A model generated the notes under the pieces. The model made no database searches, was not told the origin of the DNA, and was given only the letters and a program-made list of their open reading frames with translations. Positions 20,070 through 28,364 of a stretch of 64,000 nt of DNA are shown here, in pieces. Positions within the stretch are counted from its first letter, which is position 1. Each line of letters opens with the position of its first letter. This DNA comes from a virus, in the IMG/VR virus record IMGVR_UViG_3300027969_000052, positions 64,968 to 128,967 of that record; one strand, given 5' to 3'. A program made the position numbers and the translations under genes.

Positions 20070-20984
20070 TTAACCAATCTTGCGATCAACGATTGATCTA
20101 GTATTGCTAGCAGACTCGCCGCTACCTTTCTTTTCAGCGCCATGACCGGCTGGGTTCTTAGTAGTTTCTGAACCGCTCTTCATGCTAGACATAGAACTGC
20201 TAGAGATGTTCTTTTCAACACCTTTAGTGAACTCGCCTTTAACGCCGCCAACTAAACCTTCTCCGCCCTTGATACCTTCAGTACCATTGCCACCTTGAGC
20301 GATGTTTTTAGCTGTTGCGCCGCTTGATGGGCGATCTTTTGGATTTTGATTTACTGGACCTGCTTTACCGTCGCCAGCTTCATTCTTGTTAGAAATACCG
20401 TTTCCTGAACCATATGGCTTGCCAATTGTTTCACGATATTCGCGAGTTAATTGACGTCCTTCGAAAGGCATTGCGCTTTCATCTTCTGGCTCATCTTCTT
20501 CTTCGTCACCAAATTCTGGTGCTTCTTCACCGTCTTCTGGCTCTTCTTCGCTTTCCTCATCACTGCCTTCACCGCTCATTAAGCGTTCGAATTCAGCTTT
20601 TAGGTCTTCTAAAGCGTCTTCTAAATCTTGCACATCACCTTTTGTAGCTGGAGCTGTTTCGTCTCCACCTTCTTCATCGCCACCGAACTCGTCGTGGGCT
20701 GTAGGTGCTTCTGTATCGCCTGGTAGGCCATCAGCAGAATCACCACCTGGGAAAGCTGGCTCTTCTTCGCCATCCATACCAAATGCTTCTTCAACAGATT
20801 CCTCTTCGGCCACTGTTTCGTCATCAGTTTCTTCTTCTACTGATTCGTCTTCTTTTGTTTCTTCAGCGATTAGCTGTTCGTAGATATCTCGGCTTTTTTC
20901 TACAACGATCGCATGGAAAAGCTCTTCAGCTTTGTCCTTTTCTTCGTTTACGATAAAGTCTAGTAATTGTTCGAATTTATTCAT
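20070..20984 (-). CDS. Highly acidic prohead core protein (gp67/gp68-like position)
   Basis: 304 aa; long D/E tracts and a G/K-rich C-terminus; between portal and protease; AGGAG RBS. Confidence 0.75.
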   Translation of the reverse strand: MNKFEQLLDFIVNEEKDKAEELFHAIVVEKSRDIYEQLIAEETKEDESVEEETDDETVAEEESVEEAFGMDGEEEPAFPGGDSADGLPGDTEAPTAHDEFGGDEEGGDETAPATKGDVQDLEDALEDLKAEFERLMSGEGSDEESEEEPEDGEEAPEFGDEEEDEPEDESAMPFEGRQLTREYRETIGKPYGSGNGISNKNEAGDGKAGPVNQNPKDRPSSGATAKNIAQGGNGTEGIKGGEGLVGGVKGEFTKGVEKNISSSSMSSMKSGSETTKNPAGHGAEKKGSGESASNTRSIVDRKIG

Positions 20985-21013
20985 TGCGTGGATCTCCTAT
21001 AAGGCAAGGGTGG

Positions 21014-21037
21014 AATAAACATGTATGTTTATTTACA
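21014..21037 (-). promoter_or_regulatory. Late promoter TGTAAATA (21030-21037) overlapped by inverted repeat AATAAACA-tgta-TGTTTATT
   Basis: Motif oriented toward the core/protease/capsid operon; 8-bp inverted repeat at 21014-21033. Confidence 0.6.
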
Positions 21038-21170
21038 ACCACTTCGATTTAATTATGCGAAATAGGCCAAAAACCGCAGATTTTGGTATGTGACGTAGGC
21101 TTCTTAGCCTAGAATTGATTTAAATTGTCTAAAATATTTACTTGTTATATTTTGAAATTAAAGTATGACT

Positions 21171-21413
21171 TTATGCTACTGGCTGTTCTGTGGGTGTTTT
21201 GTACATTTGTTTTACCACAATTAAGTTTTCTTGCTGTTCGCGATCACGTGCATCGCCTGCTTTGCGTAGATCGTTTAGCATACGTAATGTTAATCTAGTC
21301 TTACGTAGGTCAGATGCCTTTAATACACTAGTATCGTGTAATGGATCATAACGATCGTTGATCTGCTGTTCTTGCTGATCTTTGGTAAAATAAATAAATT
21401 CGTTCAATAACAT
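21171..21413 (-). CDS. Small head-module protein
   Basis: 80 aa MLLNEF...; between portal and core genes; ATG lies 7 nt after a late promoter. Confidence 0.75.
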   Translation of the reverse strand: MLLNEFIYFTKDQQEQQINDRYDPLHDTSVLKASDLRKTRLTLRMLNDLRKAGDARDREQQENLIVVKQMYKTPTEQPVA

Positions 21414-21420
21414 AGTATTG

Positions 21421-21428
21421 TATTTACC
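21421..21428 (-). promoter_or_regulatory. Late promoter motif GGTAAATA, 7 nt before ATG
   Basis: GGTAAATA-CAATACT-ATG. Confidence 0.7.
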
Positions 21429-21430
21429 AG

Positions 21431-23164
21431 TTATTGTGGTGTGCCAGGGGCAGTAGGGGCGGCTCCGGCAGTTGGTGCCATACCAGCTGTTCCTTCTTCG
21501 GCGCCGCCTGCTTGCATTTCTTCAGTTCCGGGATCCGAAGCTCCTAAGCTGTCCATATCTGCACTCATGCCGCCTGGAGTAATTCCAGCGCCACGCAACT
21601 CCGCTCCTGCAGGTATAGGTTCGATAACATCTAGATTTTCTTCTGCCCACATTTCCTGATTTTCTGCAATCTCTTCTTGACTTAGTCCTAGGAAACGTTT
21701 TAGTGCAAAGCGTTTACTAATAAATGGAACTTGTACAATATTACCAAATGTATTAATACGAACTCCGTCCATTTCTGCTTGACGGTAGGCCGCAAAGTTT
21801 TGTGGAGGATTAAATTCAACATCAAATAAATTTGGATCAATGTTAATGCCTTTATTTGCTAGATATGTTTTAAATTCAACATCAAAACTAGTATTCATTA
21901 AACTTTGTAGTCGTTCGCAGTATTTGTTAAATCTAAGTTCTTGTATATAGGCTGTTCCAACTCGACCATCATTGAAATTAGATCCTCCATCGTCAGACCC
22001 GGTAGGTAGATAACTTGAAGGTATGCGTAAAGCACGAAACAGCTTATTAGTAAAATATCTAAGATCATCAATTTCTCCTAGATTTGTTCCACCTGGTAAT
22101 ACGTCTACTCTAGAGCCTCGACCTTCGGCAGTTTGCGGAAAGAAATAATCTTCGTTAATGCTTAACGGGTTATAGCTACTGTCAATTAAGTTAGTTCCGC
22201 CTCCAGTTAAACTAGGCAAGCGTCTTTGATTTATTTCGTTTTTAACTCGCTCTACAAATCCCATAGCCAAGTGAGTTGGCATGTTTCCGACATCGATATA
22301 GAATACTCTACGTTCTGGAGCACGTTGTATGCGATAGATAATGATAGCATCTTCGAGCAATTCTTTCTGCTTGTAGACTTTAAAAATACTTTCTAATAAG
22401 CTGTTACCAAACGGAAAGTTATTATCCAGCCCTTCTGATAAACTAATGTGAATAACGTGTTTAGCGTCAACAGCAAATTGATTTTGATTTACCATAAAGC
22501 GGTTACCACTGCCTCCGCCTCCGCCATAGCTACCGGTCATTCCCCGTGAACCACCTGCCCCGCCACCGCTTTGAGTGTAAGAGCCAGTACCGCCCATTGA
22601 GTTTTGATTAGTTGGGTTAATTGTAGTTGCTGTTAACGATTGTAAGTTAATGTTTAGATCACGGATAACATACTGCTCAGGTTTTTTGCCTTCGCTTTCA
22701 TTAACAACAATACGGTCAACTTTAGCAGGATCTATATATACCCATGCTTGTGTTTCTGGATCGCGAATAAAAAAGCTATCGCCGTATTTGAATACGTTAC
22801 GTACAACTTTAAAAATACGTTTATGAAATATGTTTAATTTAGTCCACTGTTGTAGATACTTTTTAAGGATCTTAATTTCTGTCGGAGTCGCTTGATCTTT
22901 AAAATTTAATTCAAAAGGTGTGCCGTTTTCATCATTAGTCTGACTGCAAAATTCTGCTAAGATATCTAAGGCCGCATTAACTTCACTATCGCTATCCATA
23001 GTGTCATACTGACTGTATCGCTCTAAACGATTTGGATGCCCTGAATATACATCTGGTAGATATGAAGAATAATTTGTACGTGAAGGATTGGCGCCATTGC
23101 TTCCGCTAATAGGGCTCATTTGTCCTGTAGTACTAACTGGTGTGAAATATTTTTTCCAACTCAT
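21431..23164 (-). CDS. gp20: Portal vertex protein, T4 gp20 family
   Basis: LLEDAIIIYRIQRAPERRVFYIDVGNMP, EDYFFP, LPGGTNLGEIDD, ELRFNK motifs; probable start MSWKKYF at 23164, 1 nt after the tape-measure stop. Confidence 0.96.
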   Translation of the reverse strand: MSWKKYFTPVSTTGQMSPISGSNGANPSRTNYSSYLPDVYSGHPNRLERYSQYDTMDSDSEVNAALDILAEFCSQTNDENGTPFELNFKDQATPTEIKILKKYLQQWTKLNIFHKRIFKVVRNVFKYGDSFFIRDPETQAWVYIDPAKVDRIVVNESEGKKPEQYVIRDLNINLQSLTATTINPTNQNSMGGTGSYTQSGGGAGGSRGMTGSYGGGGGSGNRFMVNQNQFAVDAKHVIHISLSEGLDNNFPFGNSLLESIFKVYKQKELLEDAIIIYRIQRAPERRVFYIDVGNMPTHLAMGFVERVKNEINQRRLPSLTGGGTNLIDSSYNPLSINEDYFFPQTAEGRGSRVDVLPGGTNLGEIDDLRYFTNKLFRALRIPSSYLPTGSDDGGSNFNDGRVGTAYIQELRFNKYCERLQSLMNTSFDVEFKTYLANKGINIDPNLFDVEFNPPQNFAAYRQAEMDGVRINTFGNIVQVPFISKRFALKRFLGLSQEEIAENQEMWAEENLDVIEPIPAGAELRGAGITPGGMSADMDSLGASDPGTEEMQAGGAEEGTAGMAPTAGAAPTAPGTPQ

Positions 23165-23165
23165 T

Positions 23166-25619
23166 TTATGCGACCCTTGCGAATCTATTAGACCATCCAG
23201 GCTGATTTTCTGCAATCTTACGTTGCATCTCTATGGATTGTAATAATAGTTGATTTGTCATAGCCTGTTGCTTATTTAATGCTGTAAACGCATTTGCCAT
23301 GTTATTCTGGGCTTGTGCATTGCCTGTATTCATTGCGCCTTTTACTAGATTAATCATCTGTGGCTCAGTGAGCACTCCTTCTGGGCCATCTACAATTAAC
23401 GGTGTATCTCTAAAATTTTCAATTAATTTACCGGTTGCGCCTAATGAGCCACCGTGTCTTTGTTGACTCAGTCCTGCGGCTCTGACTTGATTTTGTCTCC
23501 AGTTTGGATCTGTATCTCCTGTTTGCCAATTGCCTTGTTTATTTTTATTAACACTAACATCGTCGGCAAGTTTTCTAGTACTCTTGTCTAACTCTGCTTT
23601 TCTATTAGCACTTTGACTCATGAAATATTGATAATCGTCTTCGGTAATATTTCTTATCAACTCCAGGTTTTTTGAATTAGAAGCTAATGCTTCTTGATTA
23701 TCTTTTCGTATAGCAAGTTCCTCAGTAGTGAGTGTGCGTGTTTTTTCTATGTCTTCTAATACTTTTAAATTCTCTTGTTGTTTTCGAGATTTGGTAAGAA
23801 ATTCTTCACGATTGCCATATACTGCCATTGCGTATGCTTCTTTTTCTATATCAGCTTTTTTCTTTTGAAGAGCACGACTGTCTTCGGCTAGCTTTTCCTC
23901 TTCTTTAAGAAGTGCCCGACGTTTTTCTGCTTCTGCTTTTCCATACATCCACTCAGGTAACAAATTTTCTTTTAAGTATGTCATTAAGTATTTGAATAAC
24001 ATTTCTATTTTGTCCCCAATTCGAGCGCGACCTTCTTCTGTTGTTAAATCTTCAAGAAACTCTCCTATCGATTCCATTAGTTTTGCTACGTCTTTACCTA
24101 ATTTTTCAAAATCAACATCTTTTATAAAATTTGTAAATTTAGTAACAAGTGTATTAGCGTGTTTTGCCAGCAAATCCATAATTGGAAGCAATGCTTCAGC
24201 GATTCTGTTACCTAGCTCTTTCATTTTACGTTGAGTCTCTACTGCCGTGTCTGATGCTTTTTTATCTGCTTCTGTTTTTTCTATAACTTGTTTAATTTCT
24301 TTTTCAATTTGTTCTTGATTAACTTTTCCGTTGGCAGTATACTTGTTTACAATTTTTTGTATTTCCATTAGCCCTTTTGCGGCTTCTGTACCGCCTTGTC
24401 CTGCGGCCGCAACAATATTACCATAGCCTTTCATGTCTTTAACAACTCCTGCGATTCCTGCGGCTGTGAGTTTGTCCATCGTAGCTCTTGCTACAGTTAC
24501 ACTAGTTCCATCTGTTACAGACTTAGATAGTCCTTCAATTGCTTGTTGTCCTTTTCCCATCATACTAAAGAAAGTTTTGCCTTCTTCACTAAACGGTGCG
24601 GCAAATCCCATAATGCTGGCTTTAAGAGAATCCATAGCACCTTTACCACCTATAGCATTTGCTCTCATTAGTGCCATGTTGGCTTTTTCTCGACCCGCCT
24701 CATCAAGAGTTGCTAAGTGAGCTTGCCAACTAGCTTCTCCGGCTTCTGCTTGCATTTTCTGTTCAAGTGCTTCTCTACTTTCTCCTGTAAGCCTGCTCAT
24801 AAAATCTAATTCTTTACCATAGTTGGCCGCGGCTTTGGCTAGGCGTGCTTGTTCATCTGCTGAATTTTTACCTGCTCTCATTCCGTCATTACTAACACGC
24901 AGATAGTTACCTAGCATGTCGTTAATTTCTGTAAATGAATAACCTAACTTTGATAGTTCCGGTCCAAAATTCTTTTGTAAATTTTGATTAATTCCCAATA
25001 ATGCTTTTGATCCGGATGTTGCACTACCACCTAACTGTAACAGCACATCTCCGTTCTTTTTATACATAGTTGCAAGCTCATCAAGCGTTAGATACAAACT
25101 TGAAGCTTGGGTTCTTAACCCTGATAGACTCCCGTTAAGTCCTACGCCTGTTCCGCTAATTTGTTGATAGATATCTAGATTCTTTTCTTGATACTTCATT
25201 ACTTTTTCAAATACCGAAGCAAGCATTCCAAGCCCTAATGGTAAATCTGATAATGCTTTAAACAGTCCGCTAGCACGGGCTTCACCATCCGCCAACTCTT
25301 CACCAAAGTTAACTAGGTTACCCATAGTCTGAACAGCGGCACCGCCCATATCCCATAGGAATCCGCCAAGTGAACTTGCTTTTTTTGCCATTCCGCCTAA
25401 AGCGTCTCCAGCAATTCCATTGTCTTTTGCCGCATCCTCTATAGACTTTGATGCTTTTTCAAATGCATCAGTGTTAACATCGGCTTTTTTAGCCATAGCT
25501 TTAAGTATAGCCGAGTCTTGTTTAGCAATGGCTAGCATCGCGGCTAGAGTAGATTCGGTAGCCGCGTTGATTAACTCAACATTTTCATTGCCGATTGTAC
25601 CTTTAACTGTTTGAGCCAT
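23166..25619 (-). CDS. Probable tape measure protein
   Basis: 817 aa, A/G/K/E-rich and helical with hydrophobic G-rich segments; divergent from a chaperone-like gene with a slippery site. Confidence 0.7.
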   Translation of the reverse strand: MAQTVKGTIGNENVELINAATESTLAAMLAIAKQDSAILKAMAKKADVNTDAFEKASKSIEDAAKDNGIAGDALGGMAKKASSLGGFLWDMGGAAVQTMGNLVNFGEELADGEARASGLFKALSDLPLGLGMLASVFEKVMKYQEKNLDIYQQISGTGVGLNGSLSGLRTQASSLYLTLDELATMYKKNGDVLLQLGGSATSGSKALLGINQNLQKNFGPELSKLGYSFTEINDMLGNYLRVSNDGMRAGKNSADEQARLAKAAANYGKELDFMSRLTGESREALEQKMQAEAGEASWQAHLATLDEAGREKANMALMRANAIGGKGAMDSLKASIMGFAAPFSEEGKTFFSMMGKGQQAIEGLSKSVTDGTSVTVARATMDKLTAAGIAGVVKDMKGYGNIVAAAGQGGTEAAKGLMEIQKIVNKYTANGKVNQEQIEKEIKQVIEKTEADKKASDTAVETQRKMKELGNRIAEALLPIMDLLAKHANTLVTKFTNFIKDVDFEKLGKDVAKLMESIGEFLEDLTTEEGRARIGDKIEMLFKYLMTYLKENLLPEWMYGKAEAEKRRALLKEEEKLAEDSRALQKKKADIEKEAYAMAVYGNREEFLTKSRKQQENLKVLEDIEKTRTLTTEELAIRKDNQEALASNSKNLELIRNITEDDYQYFMSQSANRKAELDKSTRKLADDVSVNKNKQGNWQTGDTDPNWRQNQVRAAGLSQQRHGGSLGATGKLIENFRDTPLIVDGPEGVLTEPQMINLVKGAMNTGNAQAQNNMANAFTALNKQQAMTNQLLLQSIEMQRKIAENQPGWSNRFARVA

Positions 25620-25647
25620 TGATTAAAATTCCCTGATTATATTGGTA

Positions 25648-25682
25648 GATAAATATCATACTAGATTACCTATCTATTTATC
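25648..25682. promoter_or_regulatory. Face-to-face late promoters GATAAATA (+, 25648-25655) and GATAAATA (-, 25675-25682)
   Basis: Two identical octamers in the 74-nt gap between divergent genes, each pointing to one gene. Confidence 0.7.
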
Positions 25683-25693
25683 GGAGTTTAAAA

Positions 25694-26560
25694 ATGGCAG
25701 AAAATACACCAAAAATCAATCCGCTGATGAGCATCATGCGTCAGCCCAAAGTCTATATAACGCTTCCTAGCAGGGGAAGATATTACCCAGAGGGCAGTCT
25801 TGATCCCACAGTTAATGGAGAATATCCTGTATATTCAATGACTGCCAAGGACGAGATAATATTAAAAACTCCCGATGCACTAATGAACGGTCAGGGGTTA
25901 GCCGATGTTATTCAAAGTTGTATGCCTAACATTAAGGATGCGTGGACGGTGCCTGCTATAGATCTAGATGTAATCCTTGTAGCAATTAGATTAGCTACGT
26001 ATGGTAATACTATGACGTTAACTATCAATCACGAAACGATGGACGATTCTATGGATTACGAAATCAGCCTCCAGGAAATACTAGAACAACTACAATCAAA
26101 TACTACTTGGGAAGAACGGTTAGAAATACGGCCCGACCTTGTAGTATTTTTAAAACCTATTGATTATAAAACACAGACCTACACTCAAATTAGTGAGTTT
26201 GAAACCCAACGATTAATGAGTGTTATTAGGGATGATACACTTGACGAAGATACTAAATTAGCACAGTTCAAGACGTCATTTGAAAAAATGACTTCAAGAG
26301 CAATGGATATCATTGTTAAAGCAGTTCATCGAATTGAAAGTGCTAGCGGAACTGTTACTGATCCTGAATTCCTAGAAGAATTTATGAAACAATGCGACAG
26401 AGAAGTGTTTGATAAAATCAAAAAACGAATTGCAGAGTTAAATGAAAAAAATCAGCTCAAACCATTGAGAATCGCTAGCACAGAAGAAATGCTTGCAAAA
26501 GGTGCTCCCGAATTTATTCAAGTTCCATTTAGTTTTGATGCCGCAAATTTTTTCGGATAA
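25694..26560 (+). CDS. gp26: gp26-like baseplate hub / tail assembly chaperone
   Basis: PKVYITLPS, MTAKDEIIL, DLDVILVAIRLATYG motifs; C-terminal ..NFFG; GGAG RBS. Confidence 0.7.
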   Translation: MAENTPKINPLMSIMRQPKVYITLPSRGRYYPEGSLDPTVNGEYPVYSMTAKDEIILKTPDALMNGQGLADVIQSCMPNIKDAWTVPAIDLDVILVAIRLATYGNTMTLTINHETMDDSMDYEISLQEILEQLQSNTTWEERLEIRPDLVVFLKPIDYKTQTYTQISEFETQRLMSVIRDDTLDEDTKLAQFKTSFEKMTSRAMDIIVKAVHRIESASGTVTDPEFLEEFMKQCDREVFDKIKKRIAELNEKNQLKPLRIASTEEMLAKGAPEFIQVPFSFDAANFFG

Positions 26561-26784
26561 GGCTTCTATCACTTAGCTATGAGGAAATCTTAAAGCTAGT
26601 CAATGAAATGGATCAAGAGGTAGAAGCCTTAAAAGAAGAGATCTACAGATGCAGTTGGTTTATGAGAGGTGGAGTTTCTGCAGAAACTCTCTGTTCGGTT
26701 GATATTAAGGATATTGATATTATCCAAAAACTAATCAAACAGAACTTAGAAACTACTAAAGAAAGCGGACTAGCTTTCTTTTAA
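26545..26784 (+). CDS. -1 frame extension of the gp26-like gene (alternatively a 58-aa ORF from ATG 26608); gp51-like small protein
   Basis: The frame from AAA TTT TTT CGG is open for 79 codons: ..RIRLLSLSYEEILKLVNEMDQEVEALKEEIYRCSWFMRGGVS...KESGLAFF*. Not in the ORF track. Confidence 0.7.
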   Translation, partial: KFFRIRLLSLSYEEILKLVNEMDQEVEALKEEIYRCSWFMRGGVSAETLCSVDIKDIDIIQKLIKQNLETTKESGLAFF

Positions 26785-26793
26785 TAGTCCGCT
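26764..26793. terminator. Inverted repeat between convergent genes (possible bidirectional terminator)
   Basis: AGCGGACTA-N12-TAGTCCGCT; lacks strong U tracts. Confidence 0.5.
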
Positions 26794-26800
26794 GAGTAAT

Positions 26801-27880
26801 TTACTCGCCCATATTCTTAATGGGCAGTCCTTTAATGTTTGGTTCTGGAGCAGTTACATCTTGTTGTCCAGCGGCCTTGTTAAAGGCTATCGTGTTGTCG
26901 GCAGGTACTTCTTCATCTGCTTGTGCTGGAGGAAGCCCAGCATTTTTTCTAATAGAATCTAATTGTTGCTCTGCCGAATCGAGTGATTGTTTTGCATAAT
27001 CGATCACATCTTGACGACGATCTGATCTGACTACATTTACAGTCTGCATTGCGTTGTCAATTGCCTGGCGCCCTTGGGGAACTCCGACCTTTTGTTTGTT
27101 AGAAGCAGTAGCATTTGTAGTGTTTACGTTGTTTTGCGGATCTGTCTCGTTGCTTGTTGGAGCGGCCGCATTTCTAACTGCGGCTGGAGTATCTGCAGTC
27201 GGTTCAGCTTGTCCTACTTCCGGGCTCGTCGGTTGTGCAACATCAGTCGGATCAGCTTGAGATGCTTGAGGTGCTTGTTGCACTTGAGCGCCAGCATGTT
27301 GCTGTGTTGCGGCCTTGATAGCTTTGGCAACTATATTCATTTTTAAGGTATCGCTCGGAGCTTCAACCAACATGTTTAAAATATTACGGATACTTTCTTG
27401 GGCTGTTGGAGCAACTGCGGCTGGACTGGTTCCGGTTACACCAGGATTTCTGGCATTAGACCACACAGAAGGTTTTTGTTCTGGGGCAGGTTCCTCCATC
27501 GGTCCGCCAGCCTCCTGCGGAGTTGGATGTGTAATATCATCGTCTGCTGGCTCGTCGACTTGAGTAGATTGAGCGATTACCTGTTTAGCATTATCTAACG
27601 GATAACCTTTCTTTTGCAAGTAAGCAAGTAGACTTGCTTCTGTAGGTTGCTCACCTGTTTGCCCCAATAGCTTTTGATAACCAGCCATTACTTGATTAGC
27701 TAACGCACCTACATTTAGACGTCCTTGTGCTTGTGCGCTAAAGTTAGGTGTAATACCTGTTGTCTTATTGATTAAGTTACCAGTACCTGCCGCTACTTTG
27801 TTTCCTAATTTACTTAGAAAACCCATAGGCTGAGCTTCGTTAACATTACCAGATTCGTTTACAAGTTCATTAATTTGCAT
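26801..27880 (-). CDS. Low-complexity A/P/Q-rich protein, possible internal head protein
   Basis: Start MQINELVNES at 27880 with GGAG RBS and late promoter CATAAATA at 27901-27908; the track's 27931 start lies upstream of the promoter. Confidence 0.7.
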   Translation of the reverse strand: MQINELVNESGNVNEAQPMGFLSKLGNKVAAGTGNLINKTTGITPNFSAQAQGRLNVGALANQVMAGYQKLLGQTGEQPTEASLLAYLQKKGYPLDNAKQVIAQSTQVDEPADDDITHPTPQEAGGPMEEPAPEQKPSVWSNARNPGVTGTSPAAVAPTAQESIRNILNMLVEAPSDTLKMNIVAKAIKAATQQHAGAQVQQAPQASQADPTDVAQPTSPEVGQAEPTADTPAAVRNAAAPTSNETDPQNNVNTTNATASNKQKVGVPQGRQAIDNAMQTVNVVRSDRRQDVIDYAKQSLDSAEQQLDSIRKNAGLPPAQADEEVPADNTIAFNKAAGQQDVTAPEPNIKGLPIKNMGE

Positions 27881-27900
27881 TTTATAGTCTCCAACAAGGA

Positions 27901-27908
27901 TATTTATG
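27901..27908 (-). promoter_or_regulatory. Late promoter motif CATAAATA
   Basis: TAAATA core 20 nt upstream of ATG 27880. Confidence 0.7.
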
Positions 27909-27909
27909 T

Positions 27910-28364
27910 TATTAAATGAGCTAACGCTCATTTGCTTCTGCGCTTCGCTTGAAGCATTTTTAGTTATCTAATACTACGAAGTAGTTTAACTATTATCTAG
28001 ATATAATGGTCACACTTTACCCAGGTAACCGGGTAAAGAAAACTTGGCATTATCTGAGTACGCAAGTCACTTAGCGTTGTAGCATTACTGAGGCGGTCAT
28101 CCTGTACCCCTAGCTACGTCTTATTATGACGGTATGCTATTGTATATACGCTAACACATACAATAACACCGGGGTTTTTCTCCCCTCTTTTAGCTCTTAT
28201 TCACTCTATTCAAATATCAAAACCGCGGCAGATTGCGATCGTCGTCCTGTTAAGGATGGTTGATAAGTGCTCTGTACAGCGCAGAGGCTTCCGTCCCCGT
28301 TATTATCCGGTTGTCGCTAGGCACCCGATTTAAGCCGGTGCGAGCATATCCTGTAAGACTGAGC
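27910..28364 (-). ncRNA. Putative large structured non-coding RNA and/or origin-like element (unassigned family)
   Basis: ~455 nt without a plausible ORF in a densely coding genome; more than 10 stems; G-U pairs work only on the minus strand; loop TTAGCG is complementary to a downstream CGCTAA (pseudoknot). Confidence 0.65.

Noticed and set aside
21067-21111. Two small inverted repeats (CCAAAA/TTTTGG and TAGGCT/AGCCTA)
   Set aside because: Short stems with no U-tract on the coding strand; too weak to call a terminator or RNA.
23165-23215. ORF-track N-terminal extension of the portal (likewise gp55 32994-33011)
   Set aside because: The portal extension overlaps the tape-measure gene; the gp55 extension contains the RBS of the downstream ATG.
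27881-27931. ORF-track start at 27931 for the 376-aa ORF
   Set aside because: It lies inside a hairpin upstream of the late promoter; ATG 27880 has a GGAG RBS.
27992-28070. CRISPR or TIGR-type array
   Set aside because: Only two short bipartite units and no Cas or Nop-domain gene in the window; kept only as an unexplained motif.
27910-28364. Assignment of the structured region to tRNA, tmRNA, RNase P or a group I/II intron
   Set aside because: No T-loop GTTCRA/CCA end, no tag frame, no GAGGAAAGTCC, and no P7 or domain V consensus; flanking genes are intact. CCGGCTTA alone is insufficient for RNase P.
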